Shown: piece by piece, positions 14,928-27,963 of the stretch
Layout: each line of letters opens with the position of its first letter
Numbering within the stretch: the stretch's first letter is position 1
From: the human T2T-CHM13v2.0 reference genome, Homo sapiens
Direction of reading: 5' to 3'
Length of the DNA: 64,000 bases
Assembly: GCA_009914755.4 (NCBI GenBank)
Contig: CP068257.2
Span: forward strand, 38,848,001-38,912,000
Made by a program: the position numbers and the translations under genes
Notes under the pieces: generated by a model
Database searches by the model: none
The model's input: only the letters and a program-made list of their open reading frames with translations
What the model was told of the DNA's origin: nothing

Positions 14928-16168
14928 ACAACCAAAAATACAAAGGCATATTCAGTACTGGAAAATTCCAGAAAATGGTCCAAGCACCCCTTGGCATGTT
15001 CCTTTGCAGCATATAATATTCCATTTAATTGTTTTTTCTTTCTTTCTTTTATTGTAGGCAATACTTTTCTTTGTCCATCCAGAATCCTAACAAGCATTGT
15101 AAACAAATAAACACATAAAATAGCTAAAAATGGAGCAGCAGCCGCGGGAGCTGCCGCCCTCCCCTTCCCCCCTGAGCTGGAACAGCCCCTGGGGCTCCCG
15201 CAGAGCAGAGTTTGAAAAATGCCGCTTCCATTCTGGTGCCTCACAAAGATCTAACATGTCAGCGAATTACCTCAGGTTTGCACATTATCATTAATCAGGG
15301 GCATCACAGGGGATGGCAGCATCCCCCAGACATAATAAATAATGGTGAACTCAAGGTTTCTGCAGGCGAGTGCGTGCGTTCTGCCTGGGAAGGGCAGTCC
15401 GTGTCCATTAGAGACTGAGGGGAACGTTGTTCTTGCCGTGTCCTCTGAGGGTTCCCACGACGAGAACTGCGAGGGAGCCCTGCTCATTCAGAGACCCAGT
15501 GCAGGCAGACCCACACCTGGGCACCTAGGCCAGAGACCTTCCATGGAGCTCTGCAGGCTCTCAGGGCTTCTGAAGATTGGCATCTCTCCAGGAAAAAAAA
15601 AAGCCCATCACCCCAAACAGTCAGTAGGCTTGCTGTTGCCTCACCTACCCTGGATGCTGAAGTTGGAGAGCACTTAAGGTTTCCAGAAGTTTCTCCAGCC
15701 AGCAAGATGCTCCACCCTCCTCCTTCAGACTGTCGTGCGCAATTAATGACAAGCTTTCATATCTTTGATTGTGAAGGTGCATTAGCACTTCAGCTGGCTC
15801 CTCTGGGTCACTCTTGGGTTTATTCCACGTTTAAACCTTCAAAATCTGCTTTTATTTAGGTCTTGGCATTCAGGCCAGTGCCCTTCAGAAGGACACGAGG
15901 ATGGCCCATCTTCCAGGGCTGGACTCAGCCCACCTAACTGGCTCAGCAAGATCCCTGCTGGTGTGAAACTTGTCACAGGATGTGGCAGGGAGGCTTCTCC
16001 TAGAACTGGACTGGGGCCCCCTTCGTCATGATTGTAGATTAGAGTCAGGGGCTCTTTGTGTGACCTTCGTCCTGGCCTCCTTATGATTTGAATCACATTT
16101 TCCTCAGTGGCTTGATCAATGTGTTCATTCACGAAAGTGCTGACTTTCCCATACAAAATGGTCAGCCT

Positions 16169-16478
<310 letters not shown>

Positions 16479-16622
16479 TATTCCATTTGAGTAGTTTCAA
16501 GTTTCTTTTGTGTGTAAGTTGGTATTTCATTCCATTTTTGATTTTGTAGGACATTCGAACTATCTGTCAGGTTATCCAATCCTATTAGGCTTCTTTCCTC
16601 CACAAGTGTTTCATCTTTGGGT

Positions 16623-16806
16623 GGGTGCTTCACTCCCATGCTGTACTAACCACCTCATAGAGAAAGGGACTATACCAGAAATGTCCTTGTATTTCTATAG
16701 GAGGGTCCCCATTTGGGTGCTTCACTCCCATGCTGTACTAACCACCTCATAGAGAAAGGGGCTATGCCAGAAACGTCCTTGTATTTCTATAGGAGGGTCC
16801 CCATTT
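16623..16806. repeat. Tandem duplication, 2 x 92 bp
   Basis: Unit 'gggtgcttcactcccatgctgtactaaccacctcatagagaaagggactataccagaaatgtccttgtatttctataggagggtccccattt' at 16623-16714 is repeated at 16715-16806 with 3 mismatches. Confidence 0.95.
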
Positions 16807-16924
16807 GAAGGCCCTTAGTGAAGGTATATCGATAATTTTAGGGAGATAATATGGCATGAGAAAGGGCAGTCAACTCTGAGTTTGAGCTACAGCTCAGCCA
16901 TTCATCATGGATACGACTTGGACC

Positions 16925-17075
16925 ATTTCTTAACTTTCCTGAGCCTCAGTTTAGAGGCTAATATAACCCATTGAGTTGTTATAAGGCTTTAATTTTTAGA
17001 TAACATTAATATGCATATATTGCATGCAAAATGCACAGGTAAGTGTCTGGCACATAGTGATCAATTTATCATAAT
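16925..17075 (+). mobile_element. MIR SINE fragment
   Basis: MIR core-like 'cctgagcctcagttt...ggcacatagtgatcaat'. Confidence 0.45.
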
Positions 17076-20016
17076 AATATTGATGATGATAGTGACAATC
17101 ACAAACATTTAATAAGAGGTATGTTTAAAATAGAGTTTGCTCACAACCTTATCAGCTAAAATGTTTGTGGTCTTAACTAAACAATGAGCTTTCGAATGTG
17201 CTTAAGGTGAGGACAGAAGGGACTCTAGGAATTTCAGAAGACTATAACTGGGGAGTTTTGGGGGAAAGAATTTATTCTTTGCTGACTAACCATTGGTTAG
17301 GTGGTGGGCAGGGCAGGTCATAGGGAAAGCTTTGATGGGAAGGGCTCAAAAATCAGTCATTGTAGGCTATGTTATACAGTGTTCCCTGCTAAGGCCTCAA
17401 TAAGAAGAATGAGTGGAAAGTTCTCTACGTGAACAATCCAATTAACCATGAACTGCCAAAAAAAACTTGAGGGAAAATTCAGAGAGAGTAGGAAAAACGT
17501 TTACTTTCTCACCTTAGTCCTGTGACCATAATTTTGCAAGCCAAGACCTGATAAAAATAATGTTCATTTTAAAATTTAAAGTACAAATAAGTATATTTTA
17601 TTGCATGAAATTTGGAATATTTGGGAAGAGCTCAAAGAAAACAAAAGTTATATAACTTCCTAAATAGTATTTAAGGAAGACTGCAGTCAGCCCACAGGCA
17701 TTTAGGATCTCAATGTGGAAAAGTATAAAATGTGTTTTAATTTAAAAAGAAATTTTCAAAATATACCTGTTCAAACCTCATTCATACAATATTCACAAAT
17801 AAAGAGGAATATGAATTCTTTTTCACTGAATAGTCTAGAAAAATAAAACCAGCTCTCTATCTGCCATAGAAAATCAGAAATTGATCTAACAAAAGATAAG
17901 AACCAGAAGAAAAGGAAAAGAAATAGGAAAAAGGAGATACCATGCTTAACACACAAAAAAGGAGATAGTTAAAAAATGATAATGGCAAAAAAAAGAAAAC
18001 GGTATTTTTTCTGATCGTCTTTTCTATAGTAGAAATTTGCAATTTCTCAGATGCTCAGTATTGAAGTTCCAAAGGACGTGTAAATTTCCACTGATGGCCG
18101 TGAGTCATCTATAATTATTTCCACCATATGTACTTACATCCTTTCCAGAGAACCTGCCCATTAAAACAGCATATGAAACTTAGTAAGTTTCACTTTTTTA
18201 TGTTTTGGAAGAAAGTGATAAAACCCATACTACTTGAGGAACTGAATTACACACAGTGTTTATTAACACTGAGAGGTCTGCTTTTCATTTGAGCACAAAT
18301 TTGTAATTATTTTAGAATATTATCAAAATGATATATTTAATCTAAAATCCAATCATGCATTTTCATTTAAATTGTTAACATTTTATTCAGTATTTTAAAA
18401 GATAAAATAACAACATTTTCTCCACTGACATTTTTTTCTGTCTTTTTAAAAAACTTGTCAGTAAAGTGTAATATACCTAGAGAAGAGTACATTTAACTGA
18501 ATAGCCCAGCTGAATCATCACCAACTGATCCCACCCATGCAACCCACATTTAGGTAGAGAAAAAAAATTACCAGGACCCCTGAGCCCCACCCCCCATGCT
18601 TCTTTATAGTCATTACTCTTCTTTCAAAGCCACCCAGTATCTTGATTTCTAATAGGATAGGTTCGTTTTGCCTGTTTTGGAAGTTTATGTAAATAGAACC
18701 ACACAGAATATATTCTCTTGTGTCTGTCTCTCTTCCTTCAACATTACCTTTTCAAGATTTATCCACATGGTTGTGTGTAGTTGTTGGCTGTTCATTCTCA
18801 TTTCTTAGCTGTATTATATTGAATGAACATAACTCCATTTAGCTGTTTGGGGGAATTTGCATAGTTTTTTGATTGGAGCTATTATGAAAAGTGCTGCCAA
18901 GAACACTGTATATGCCTGTGTGTACCTGGGAACCTGTAGTACATGTGGACATAGGTAAATATTTTTTTCTTTTGGGGACATAGCTGGGAGTGGAATGGCT
19001 TTGCCATAGGGTAGGCACAGAGCCAGCTTTTAAAAAGATTGGTCATTTTCCAAAGTGATTGCATGACCTTAATTTCTATGCACCAAATAAAATAGCAAAT
19101 TGTAAAAAGTTACATTGTACTAAAATTATAGCCACTTTTTGTTACATATAATCTTCAAAATATATGGAACATCCTAAAAAATCAGTTCTTGGCCAATAGG
19201 GAGGATTTTTAATTTCAGGTGTTGAACTGAGATTTTGAGCAAAGAACTATAAATCTAACAATGATCACTACTGTTATTACTGCTACTACCACAACTACAA
19301 CTAATTACAATGACTGCAACAAAATAACAAATACAGTAGCCCTGCCTTATACACAGCTTCCAAGACCCCCAATGGATGCCTGAAACTTCGGATAGTACTG
19401 AATCCTTTATATGCTTTGTTTTTTTCTATACATCCACACCTGTGACAAAGTTTAATTTATAAAATTAGACATAGTAAGATATTAACAACAATAAATAATA
19501 ATAAAATAGAACAATTAAAACAATATACTGTATTCTGAGTTATGTGAATTTGGTCTCTCTCTCTCTAAACATCTTACTGTACTGCACTCATGTATTTTCA
19601 GACCATGGTTGATCAAGGAAAACTCAAACTGCAGAAAGTGGAGCTGCAGATAAGGGGGAAGAATGCTGTAAGAACAGAAGCCCACCTATGTGCCAGGTGC
19701 TGTGCTAAGTGCTTCATTGCAATGAGGCATTTCAACGTCTAAGTAATCCTATAAATTCTATTATTGTCCTCAATTAAATGTGATGAAGCCAGAGACATGG
19801 CCATGAGTAATTTAACCAAGATGAAAAAGCCACTCACCACTCAGGTCCATTGGACATGAAACTCAGCTCTTACTACCCTATAAAGCCCAGTGCTTCCATC
19901 TGCTCAGGGAAGTACACAATCATCATCATCATTAACGGTGCAGGGGTAACATCTGCTCATCTATGTTTTCTGATATGCTTAATTCCTTAGTCCCCTTAGA
20001 AACATCTCACATATGT

Positions 20017-20390
20017 ATTAGTCCATTTTCATACTCCTATGAAGAAATATCCAAGATTGGGTAATTTATAAAGGAAAGAGTTTTAATTGACTCAGTTCCA
20101 CATGGCTGGGGAGGCCTCACAATCATGGCAGAAGGCAAAGGAGGAGCAAAGGCATGTCTTACATGGCAGCAGGCAAGAGAAAGTGTGCAGGGGAACTTCC
20201 CTTTATAAAACTATCAGATCTCATTACACTTATTCACTATCACGAGAACAGCATGGGTAAACCTGCCCCCATGATTCAATTACCTCCCACTGGGTCCCTC
20301 TCACAACACGAGGGGATTATGGGAGCTCAATTCAAGATGAGATTTGGGTGGGGACACAGCCAGACCATATCACATGGGATTCTCCACATG
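20017..20390 (-). mobile_element. THE1/MST-family MaLR solo LTR
   Basis: Reverse complement of THE1-type LTR: 'tgtattagtccattttcatac...gggtaatttataaaggaaagag...gttccacatggctggggaggcctcacaatcatggcagaaggcaaaggaggagcaaag...gatttgggtggggacacagccagaccatatca'. Confidence 0.75.
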
Positions 20391-21809
20391 GACTGACATG
20401 ATTTTTAAAAATCTGTCAGCAGTAAAAATGAATATCCTAGCAGTGAAGAAAAATAAGTTGTAAATATTTTGAATCTTATTTTCAGACATATGTGTGTGTA
20501 CATGCGTATGCATGTACGCACACACAAACTCACACACACAGCTAATGGTCTTTTGTGCCAGGTAAATGATAGCAACATGTATGAGATTTGTTTACCATGT
20601 CATTTATTTAATTAAACAAAACTAAATATTGTGCCACAATATTTTACCCCCAAACTCAGTCAGCTGTGACAGAAACTGCCTGCACCCAACATTAAGAAAC
20701 AAGAACGCCAGAAATGAGGCAGAGGAAGGTCAAACGCCATTTCTCTGGGAGTCCTTGTTCAAAGGCTGCTCCAGCCTCACAGCCCAGAGGCAGTTCCTTG
20801 TGCCCTGACTTAGGCTCCTTTTAGAAATCTATAGGCTCCTGTTAGAAAAGGAAATAGTCTCTTTCTAGATGTGGCTGTATACACAAAAGTTAAAGAATCA
20901 CTAACACATGAGATAAAGCATTTCCCAAAGCCTTTTAGGGAAGAGAGAGTATTGCTCTTTCCCTCCTGGTATTCTTCCCTTTAAAAATCTGAACTCAGTG
21001 TGAACAAATAACAGGTCAGAGACTGAGACAGTCTTGTTCATAGCCTCACACACATTAAGTTCTATGCATAACACATTGAAGCTATATTTTTGCAAATATC
21101 ATACTTCATTTTCTAGAAACTTGAAACATAGTCAAGAGGAATTTTTAATGTTTGTAGACATTACTTATCTCTCACGTACATTCTGTATTGAAACCTATCT
21201 TCATGTGACATATTTACATGCTACAATTTTGATGATAGAAATTTGACGCTGTTGCTACTGAAGGTTGTGAATGTAAGGCCTCGTGCTGGACTGTCATATT
21301 AAACAGCGATGTGCCACATGGTTTTGAGTGCAGAAAGTTTAAGTGACAGTAAAGAATGTACATTAGGAAGGCCATTATCACTGACACTTTGAATTTCACA
21401 TAACTGGACCTTAAAGATGATACTGGCTCAAGGTCAAAAGGCACTCTAAATATCAATATTTATATCTTTTCTCTGATGCAATCAGAAAACATTTTAGTCA
21501 ACCTACCAAAATTACTGATTTGGGAAAGAATTAACAATTTATTCTCATCTGGGAAAAAAACAACTCTTTTAGGCCATGCTTTTGCCCTCTGGGCCTAGGA
21601 TGCCCTACACCCTGAAATGCTGCAGCTAGAAGGCCCGCACCAGATGCGGCCCTTTGACCTTGGACTTCTCAGCCTCCAAAACTGTAAGTCAAATAAACTT
21701 GGGCATACACTTTTTAAAACCCACTATTTCAAAACTATTAAATTCATTTTTCCCCCAACAGAAGCTCCCTGCAGCAAAAGTCACTTCCTGTAGAAAGACC
21801 ACAAGAACA

Positions 21810-22154
21810 GGCCGGGTGCGGTAGCTCACGCCTGTAATCCCAGCACTTTGGGAGGCCGAAGCAGACAGATCACAAGGTCAGGAGATCGAGACCATCCCGG
21901 CTAACATGGTGAAACCCCGTCTCTACTAAGAATACAAAAAAATTAGCCAGGCATGGTGGCGGGTGCCTGTAGTCCCAGCTACTCGGGAGGCTGAGGGAGG
22001 AGAATGGCATGAACCCGGGAGGCAAAGCTTGCAGAGAATGGCGTGAACCCAGAAGGCAGAGCTTGCAGTGAGCCAAGATCATGCCACTGCACTCCAGCCT
22101 GGGCAACAGAGACAGAGCAAGACTCTGTCTCCAAAAAAAAAAAAAAAAAAAAAA
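21810..22154 (+). mobile_element. Alu SINE (AluY/S-like) with about 31-bp internal tandem duplication and long poly-A
   Basis: 'ggccgggtgcggtagctcacgcctgtaatcccagcactttgggaggccgaagcagacagatcacaaggtcaggagatcgagaccatcccggctaacatggtgaaaccccgtctctactaagaatac...'; internal 'gagaatggcatgaacccgggaggcaaagcttgcag' is repeated as 'agaatggcgtgaacccagaaggcagagcttgcag'; A24 tail. Confidence 0.95.
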
Positions 22155-25100
22155 GCTCACAAGAGCAAAGGAAAGCCTTGCTCAGGAACAATGAAATGGA
22201 CTCAAATACCCAGCATTTTTCAGTATGAGTGGAAATGACCAAAAATAATCCAACAACACTACGAAAGTGTGATTTTCTTCTTCTGATTTTTAAAGTTCAT
22301 AATAAAGCCAGAACTATATTCAACTGTGGAAACAACAAATGATGAGACTAAATCTTGCCATCCTAACCCACATGCACTGCCTAGTTACTTCCTGAGCAGC
22401 TGCGTTTTGGCTCTCCATCCATAACAACCCGGAGTGGCAGACAGGACCCGTGTCACAGTTGAGTGAGGGACAGAGCAATTTATGAAGCTACAGCAAATGA
22501 AAGGCAGAGCTAGACCCGGAACACACGTGCACTGCTTATTGATCCAAAGTGGATCCTGTCACCCATAGAGGCGATTCGCCGTTCCCAGTTGAGTGTGAAA
22601 CCAGAAATCTCAGAAGTGTCTGAAGTCACTATAATTACCATGGCAACACCACTCCGGGGGGAAGAGCAAGTGCAGCCTCTCACCTCCTTGTGAGATTATT
22701 TCTCATTTATTTGTACATGAAAATGGCTCCATGTCACCTTTTTTGTGGCCATCCTTGCATAGAAATGAAGACCATTTCCAGTCTTTTTATTCACATAATT
22801 GCATTTCTTCCCTACATTTCATAATTTTAAAATATGACCACACTGAACAGTTCTAAACGTAGCTATTGTACACTTATGTAGTGTCAGAAGCACTTTTTCT
22901 AACATGTAGCTTTATGCCCTTATAGCTGTGGGAGAGTATAACTACATTGAAAACACGTGCCTAGCACCCAAAATAATAAAGCTAATGACTGTCTTTGTCA
23001 TCTGTAGATATTTCACACTGTTCTTTGCTCTCTGCCCCTTCTAGACTCAACTTTTTTATTTTTATTTTTTAATATAGAGAATTTTTCAGAATTTTTACTC
23101 ACTACAACATGGGTATACTTTGAAAACATTTTGTGTTTTAAAAATTGGACTAAAGGAAAAACTTTATTGGTTTTGAAAATCAAAACCAGAGAAATCACTA
23201 CATTTTCATACTCTCTGGAGACATTTCAAAAAGAATTAGAGCAAAAGGTAACACACATTCCCAGGAGGTGGACCCTGACAGCAGAGGGCAATAAATGTTT
23301 GATTCTAGAATTTTTGAGTCTCACTGTTTATTTTATATGGAAGCCCCCTATGTTTTCTCCCAAAGAATTTCAGCAAGACAATTTATAACTCTTAGCACAC
23401 TACCTCCACACTTTTAAAGGTGTAAAATAGAGAAGGTGGAATGAGGTGGCAGAATGTCTTGCTTCTATCAGATGTGTGCTTGAACATGAGGTGACAATAC
23501 ACTGAATGCTATCAGGGAGGCTAATGACACACAGCCCGCCTAATTGTGAAATTTTTATTAAGGTAGAGTTGTGGTGCTGTGGATGTAATTATTTTTTAAA
23601 GTATATTTGACTTGCTTTTTATATACTGATCATCTGTGTCAGTGAAAGATCTCACAAAATTTGATGACAAATTAGTTGTGACTAATATTTTAAAATGTCC
23701 CACGCAATTCTTCTGCATCTCTAGAAGATTAGAAACAGAAGAAATGTCATTTAATGGGAAAAGTAAACATGCAGGTGCATCTGCAGAAAAGCACAAACTC
23801 CTCATGATCTTGCAGGACTTACAAATTAGCAAATATCTATTTTAAAATTTCCAGAAGTCTTTCACCATTGTGAGATTTTACTTTCATTTCATGTCGAATC
23901 TATTTGAATAGTAAGGAGGAAAAAACAGCTACCTATTATGGATAAGTATGGTTTTAGGCATTTATGATATTACTGTGGGTTATTTTTAAGTGAAATCAAC
24001 TTAAACGGGCAATATATTTATTTAAGTTGGCTTGGTTTTAGTGTCACTGGCCAAACATTTCAACAGGAAATTACCATGGGAATTATATCTTTAATAGCTA
24101 TTTCTCCTAACAATATTATTGTGAGGATCAACAAGCCATGATGTTTTTGCCTGATTACACAATGATAATTTTTTTCTTTTTATTTTCCTGTATAACGGAG
24201 GCATGTTATAATTAAACATAAGTTAAAATTTCTTAAGCTGTTTGTTGGAAATTATTTATATATAATTCCTTTAACAACTATGAATACCCATTAATAAACC
24301 TAGATTACTATTTGTCCATTTCAAGCATCCTATCCCTGGAATAGATTAGTGTGCCTAGTTCTTCTCATTTTAACAATAGTACCCAGACGTGCGTGGGCTC
24401 CCTGGTACACACGTGTCTTTTGTGTGTTCCTAAAGTTTGCTGTGAATGCTTTCTATGACTATGGTTCTTTCCAATTTAAAATTTTAATAGAAAGTTAAAA
24501 CTCTAGATGTTTAATCACTTCTTTCCTTACCAAGGCTGAGGAAGTATTTTTAATTTTTCTGAGAGGTAAGCAATTTTAATCCTGACATTTTGGCTATTGG
24601 CCAATAATTACGAACTGTTAATTCTACGGGGCAGGATGTAGGTCCTCGGCAACAAAAGATGTTAGACAAGGTTCTTGCTTTCGAGAATGTCTCAACCCAC
24701 CCAAACTCATCTAATCTTCAGCAGGTTCCCCACCTATAAACAAAGTCCACATCCAAAGACTACGATTTATGGGTCTGTCCAGAGGCTTCCCGAATATTTC
24801 ACCGTCTCAAATATATTGTCCGGCAGAATTGTGAAAGGTGGAAGTGGGCAGAAATTGAGTAAGTGGGCATTAAATGCCCTATCCAGTTCATCCATCCATC
24901 CTATCTATACCTTAGCTTGTCTTTGACTTGACTGTTTACAACTCTGCAGAGATAGAGGTTAACTGATAGAAAACATAAAGCAATGAAAACACTTCCTGTC
25001 CATAGCAAGGCAAAGGACTCCTGTTCTCAGTGCTGCAAATACATTTTGCCCCATAGAAAACAAATCTCTGTGGATAGAATCTTCAATGGAACCAGTTGCA

Positions 25101-25830
25101 ACATCTTAGCAATTCCCTCATTCATGAATGAGTTAAATAAAATATTTGACTCAATGTTCATCTGCTATTTGTATGAAACTCATGATTTTATCACCTAAAA
25201 AAGAAACTCTTGGATAATGTTCATGGGTGGTTTTTTTTCCTCTGGTTCCTGCCACTGCGTCATCTCCTGAAGCTGCTGTTCTTTCTCCAGCTTGCATGAG
25301 GCCAAGCATAAAATGCAACTCTCTCTCCCTCATTCCCCAAAGTGCTGCTGACATAAGTCTGCTGTGGTTACCTGTTTTATACAGGGAGATGTAGGATGAG
25401 GACAATTGCCACACAGCGCAAAGACTGAAAAAATCCTAAAATCAAATGGTAGATGCTGTCATCTATAAGTTCTTGTCTATCCCTCCTGCAGAGAATGTTT
25501 TGGTGACGCCAACAGTCCCAGCCTGTAGCTTCCTGCTCTGTCATGGAGGTCACCTTTCTTTGCTCCTGCTCCTTCATTTCCACTCATCTGCATGTCCTTG
25601 AAGCTTCCTCCAGCAGCTTTTAGAGACGCTTCCAGAGTCTCATTATGTTATTATACAGAGGAATTGAAGAACTAGGTTTTAGTTCCTCCGCCTACATCAA
25701 TTTCTGGCCTCACTGACAACACAAGACTCACTGAGGTCCCTTGCTACTAAGCTCCCTGCTACCCCCTTTGCATCCACCCTCCAAAAATAAAACACAGTCA
25801 GCCACTCTACATATTTCAATATCACACTGA

Positions 25831-26143
<313 letters not shown>

Positions 26144-27039
26144 CACACTGACTTTCTACCAGACACAGAAGGAACTAATACAGAAGGCTAATCATCAGTA
26201 GTTTTTGAATCCACCAATAACAAATAAATAAATAAAATGTATTTAAGTTTAAATAATTTTATTTTATAAATTACATACTTAAATAGAACAATTTAGATGT
26301 TACTTACATGCATATGTTATTTCTATTTGTTATTTAACTTTAAAATATCTTAAACCTGTATACTTAAATTGTGTGTCAAATGTATATTTTATATTGTATG
26401 TTATTATATATTTATATACACACATATATACATACACATACATACACACTGACTTTTCACACATATACACACAGTCTGAAATTTACCTTTTGACTACCAA
26501 CACAATTATTACACCATTACTTTTATTAAATGTTTTTAAATAGGAGCCTCATTTAAATCTACTGCATATTCTTTTAACTTGCTTGTGTCTAAAAGTTTTT
26601 AAGGCAGCTTACAAAACTACGTACTATAAACTGAGGGCAGCAAAAATAAAGCCTGAGATATAGCTAATATTCAAATTACACATCAAAAGACCCTCCCTGA
26701 TTCCTAGAGGTCAGCCATAGATGGCTAACAGATCACCCAACTATAAGGAGAGACCCCTATCCACTCAGTTGCTAGTGAATATACAGTAACACAGTCAACA
26801 AAGCACATGAAATGCATTCACCAGGACTTGGGATAATCACCCGGCATGGTTTATCCTGGGCCTTTCTTTCCACTACTCTCTCTATGACTTTCAACTCACA
26901 GCCTTTATACTGGCTGGTCCTTCCCCTCTTGACTGTCCTTTTTCAGATGACTCCAGACTGTCCATCCTAGCCACCAACCATTGTAAACTCAGATCCTGGC
27001 ATGGAGTATTTACTCACCAATAAATGTCAAGTAAAAGAG

Positions 27040-27178
27040 GCAGGCAGGCAGGCAGGAAGGAAGGAAAGAAGAAAAAGAGAAAGAAAAGAGGAAAGGGAAG
27101 GAGAGAGGAGAGGAGAGGAGGGGATGGCAGGGGAGGGAGGGGGAAGGAGAAGGAAGGAATGAGAAGGCCCTCAGGGGG
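27040..27178. repeat. Purine-rich (GGAA)n/(GA)n-like tract
   Basis: 'aggcaggcaggcaggcaggaaggaaggaaagaag...ggaaagggaaggagagaggagaggagaggaggggatggcaggggagggagggggaaggagaaggaaggaatgagaagg'. Confidence 0.9.
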
Positions 27179-27833
27179 TCTGGGGTTGTAGCATAAAAGG
27201 GCCCATAACTGTAAAAAATGATATTTTACAGTTCAGGTTTTAACCTTGAAGTGCACACAGACCTTAATACAGCACTGTTTAAGCATTAGGACTAAAGCTT
27301 GAATTTTCACGGGGTAAACTGATATTTGAAGAACCTATGCAATATTTCCTTTCTAGTTTCTAATGTTCCTTGAATGGCTCAAGCTTGAAACCACTGGGAT
27401 CAACATCTGTCATCAAACAGAGCTTGAAATCAGCTACCATCGGAGTTGACATTTGTAGGACACCTGCCCTCACCCTGGCCTCCGCTGAGCTCCTGCTTGG
27501 CTCCCTAGAGTACTTCTGCTCCTTCCTGGGTGCCAGTCCTGCTGGCATGGGGTCATCAGTGCCTGCCTTTAGCAACTCTGCTTGGTCTCACTTTCTGCTT
27601 CTAACAGTCTGGGAGCACCAGGTAAGCAGGTGGTAACAACAACATGCAGACTCAGAGAATAAGACCATGAGGAACTCCACATGTTTGAAGCAGGGTCTTT
27701 AGCACAAAGGTTTGATCCTTTAAATTTAACCTTTCATGGGCCTTTTATGTAATTCCTGGTTCTGACTTATCTATGGGTTCATGGAATAATCTCAGGGTGA
27801 GAAAGCACTTTCTCCCTCTCTCTATAACCTGTA

Positions 27834-27906
27834 ACTCTCTCTCTCTCTCTTTCTCTCCCTCTCTCTCTCTCTCTCTGTGTGTGTGCATGTGTGCGTGTGT
27901 GCGTGC

Positions 27907-27961
<55 letters not shown>
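27834..27961. repeat. Compound microsatellite (CT)n-(GT)n-(GA)n
   Basis: (CT) run about 27835-27878, (GT) or GT-rich run about 27877-27929, (GA)16 about 27928-27960, all directly abutting. Confidence 0.95.

Positions 27962-27963
<2 letters not shown>

Noticed and set aside
15130-15294. ATG-initiated 54-codon frame in the GC-rich patch (MEQQPRELPPSPSPLSWNSPWGSRRAEFEKCRFHSGASQRSNMSANYLRFAHYH)
   Set aside because: It is too short, has no homology I can recognise, and is not flanked by splice signals. The GC-rich patch itself is reported as a finding, but the ORF is not called as a CDS.
27834-27961. Regularly spaced short repeats that could superficially suggest a CRISPR-like array; also 57470-58065 and 58958-59400
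   Set aside because: These are di-nucleotide and oligo-nucleotide microsatellites and minisatellites with no repeat-spacer architecture. The genome is eukaryotic (Alu and L1 elements), so CRISPR does not apply.
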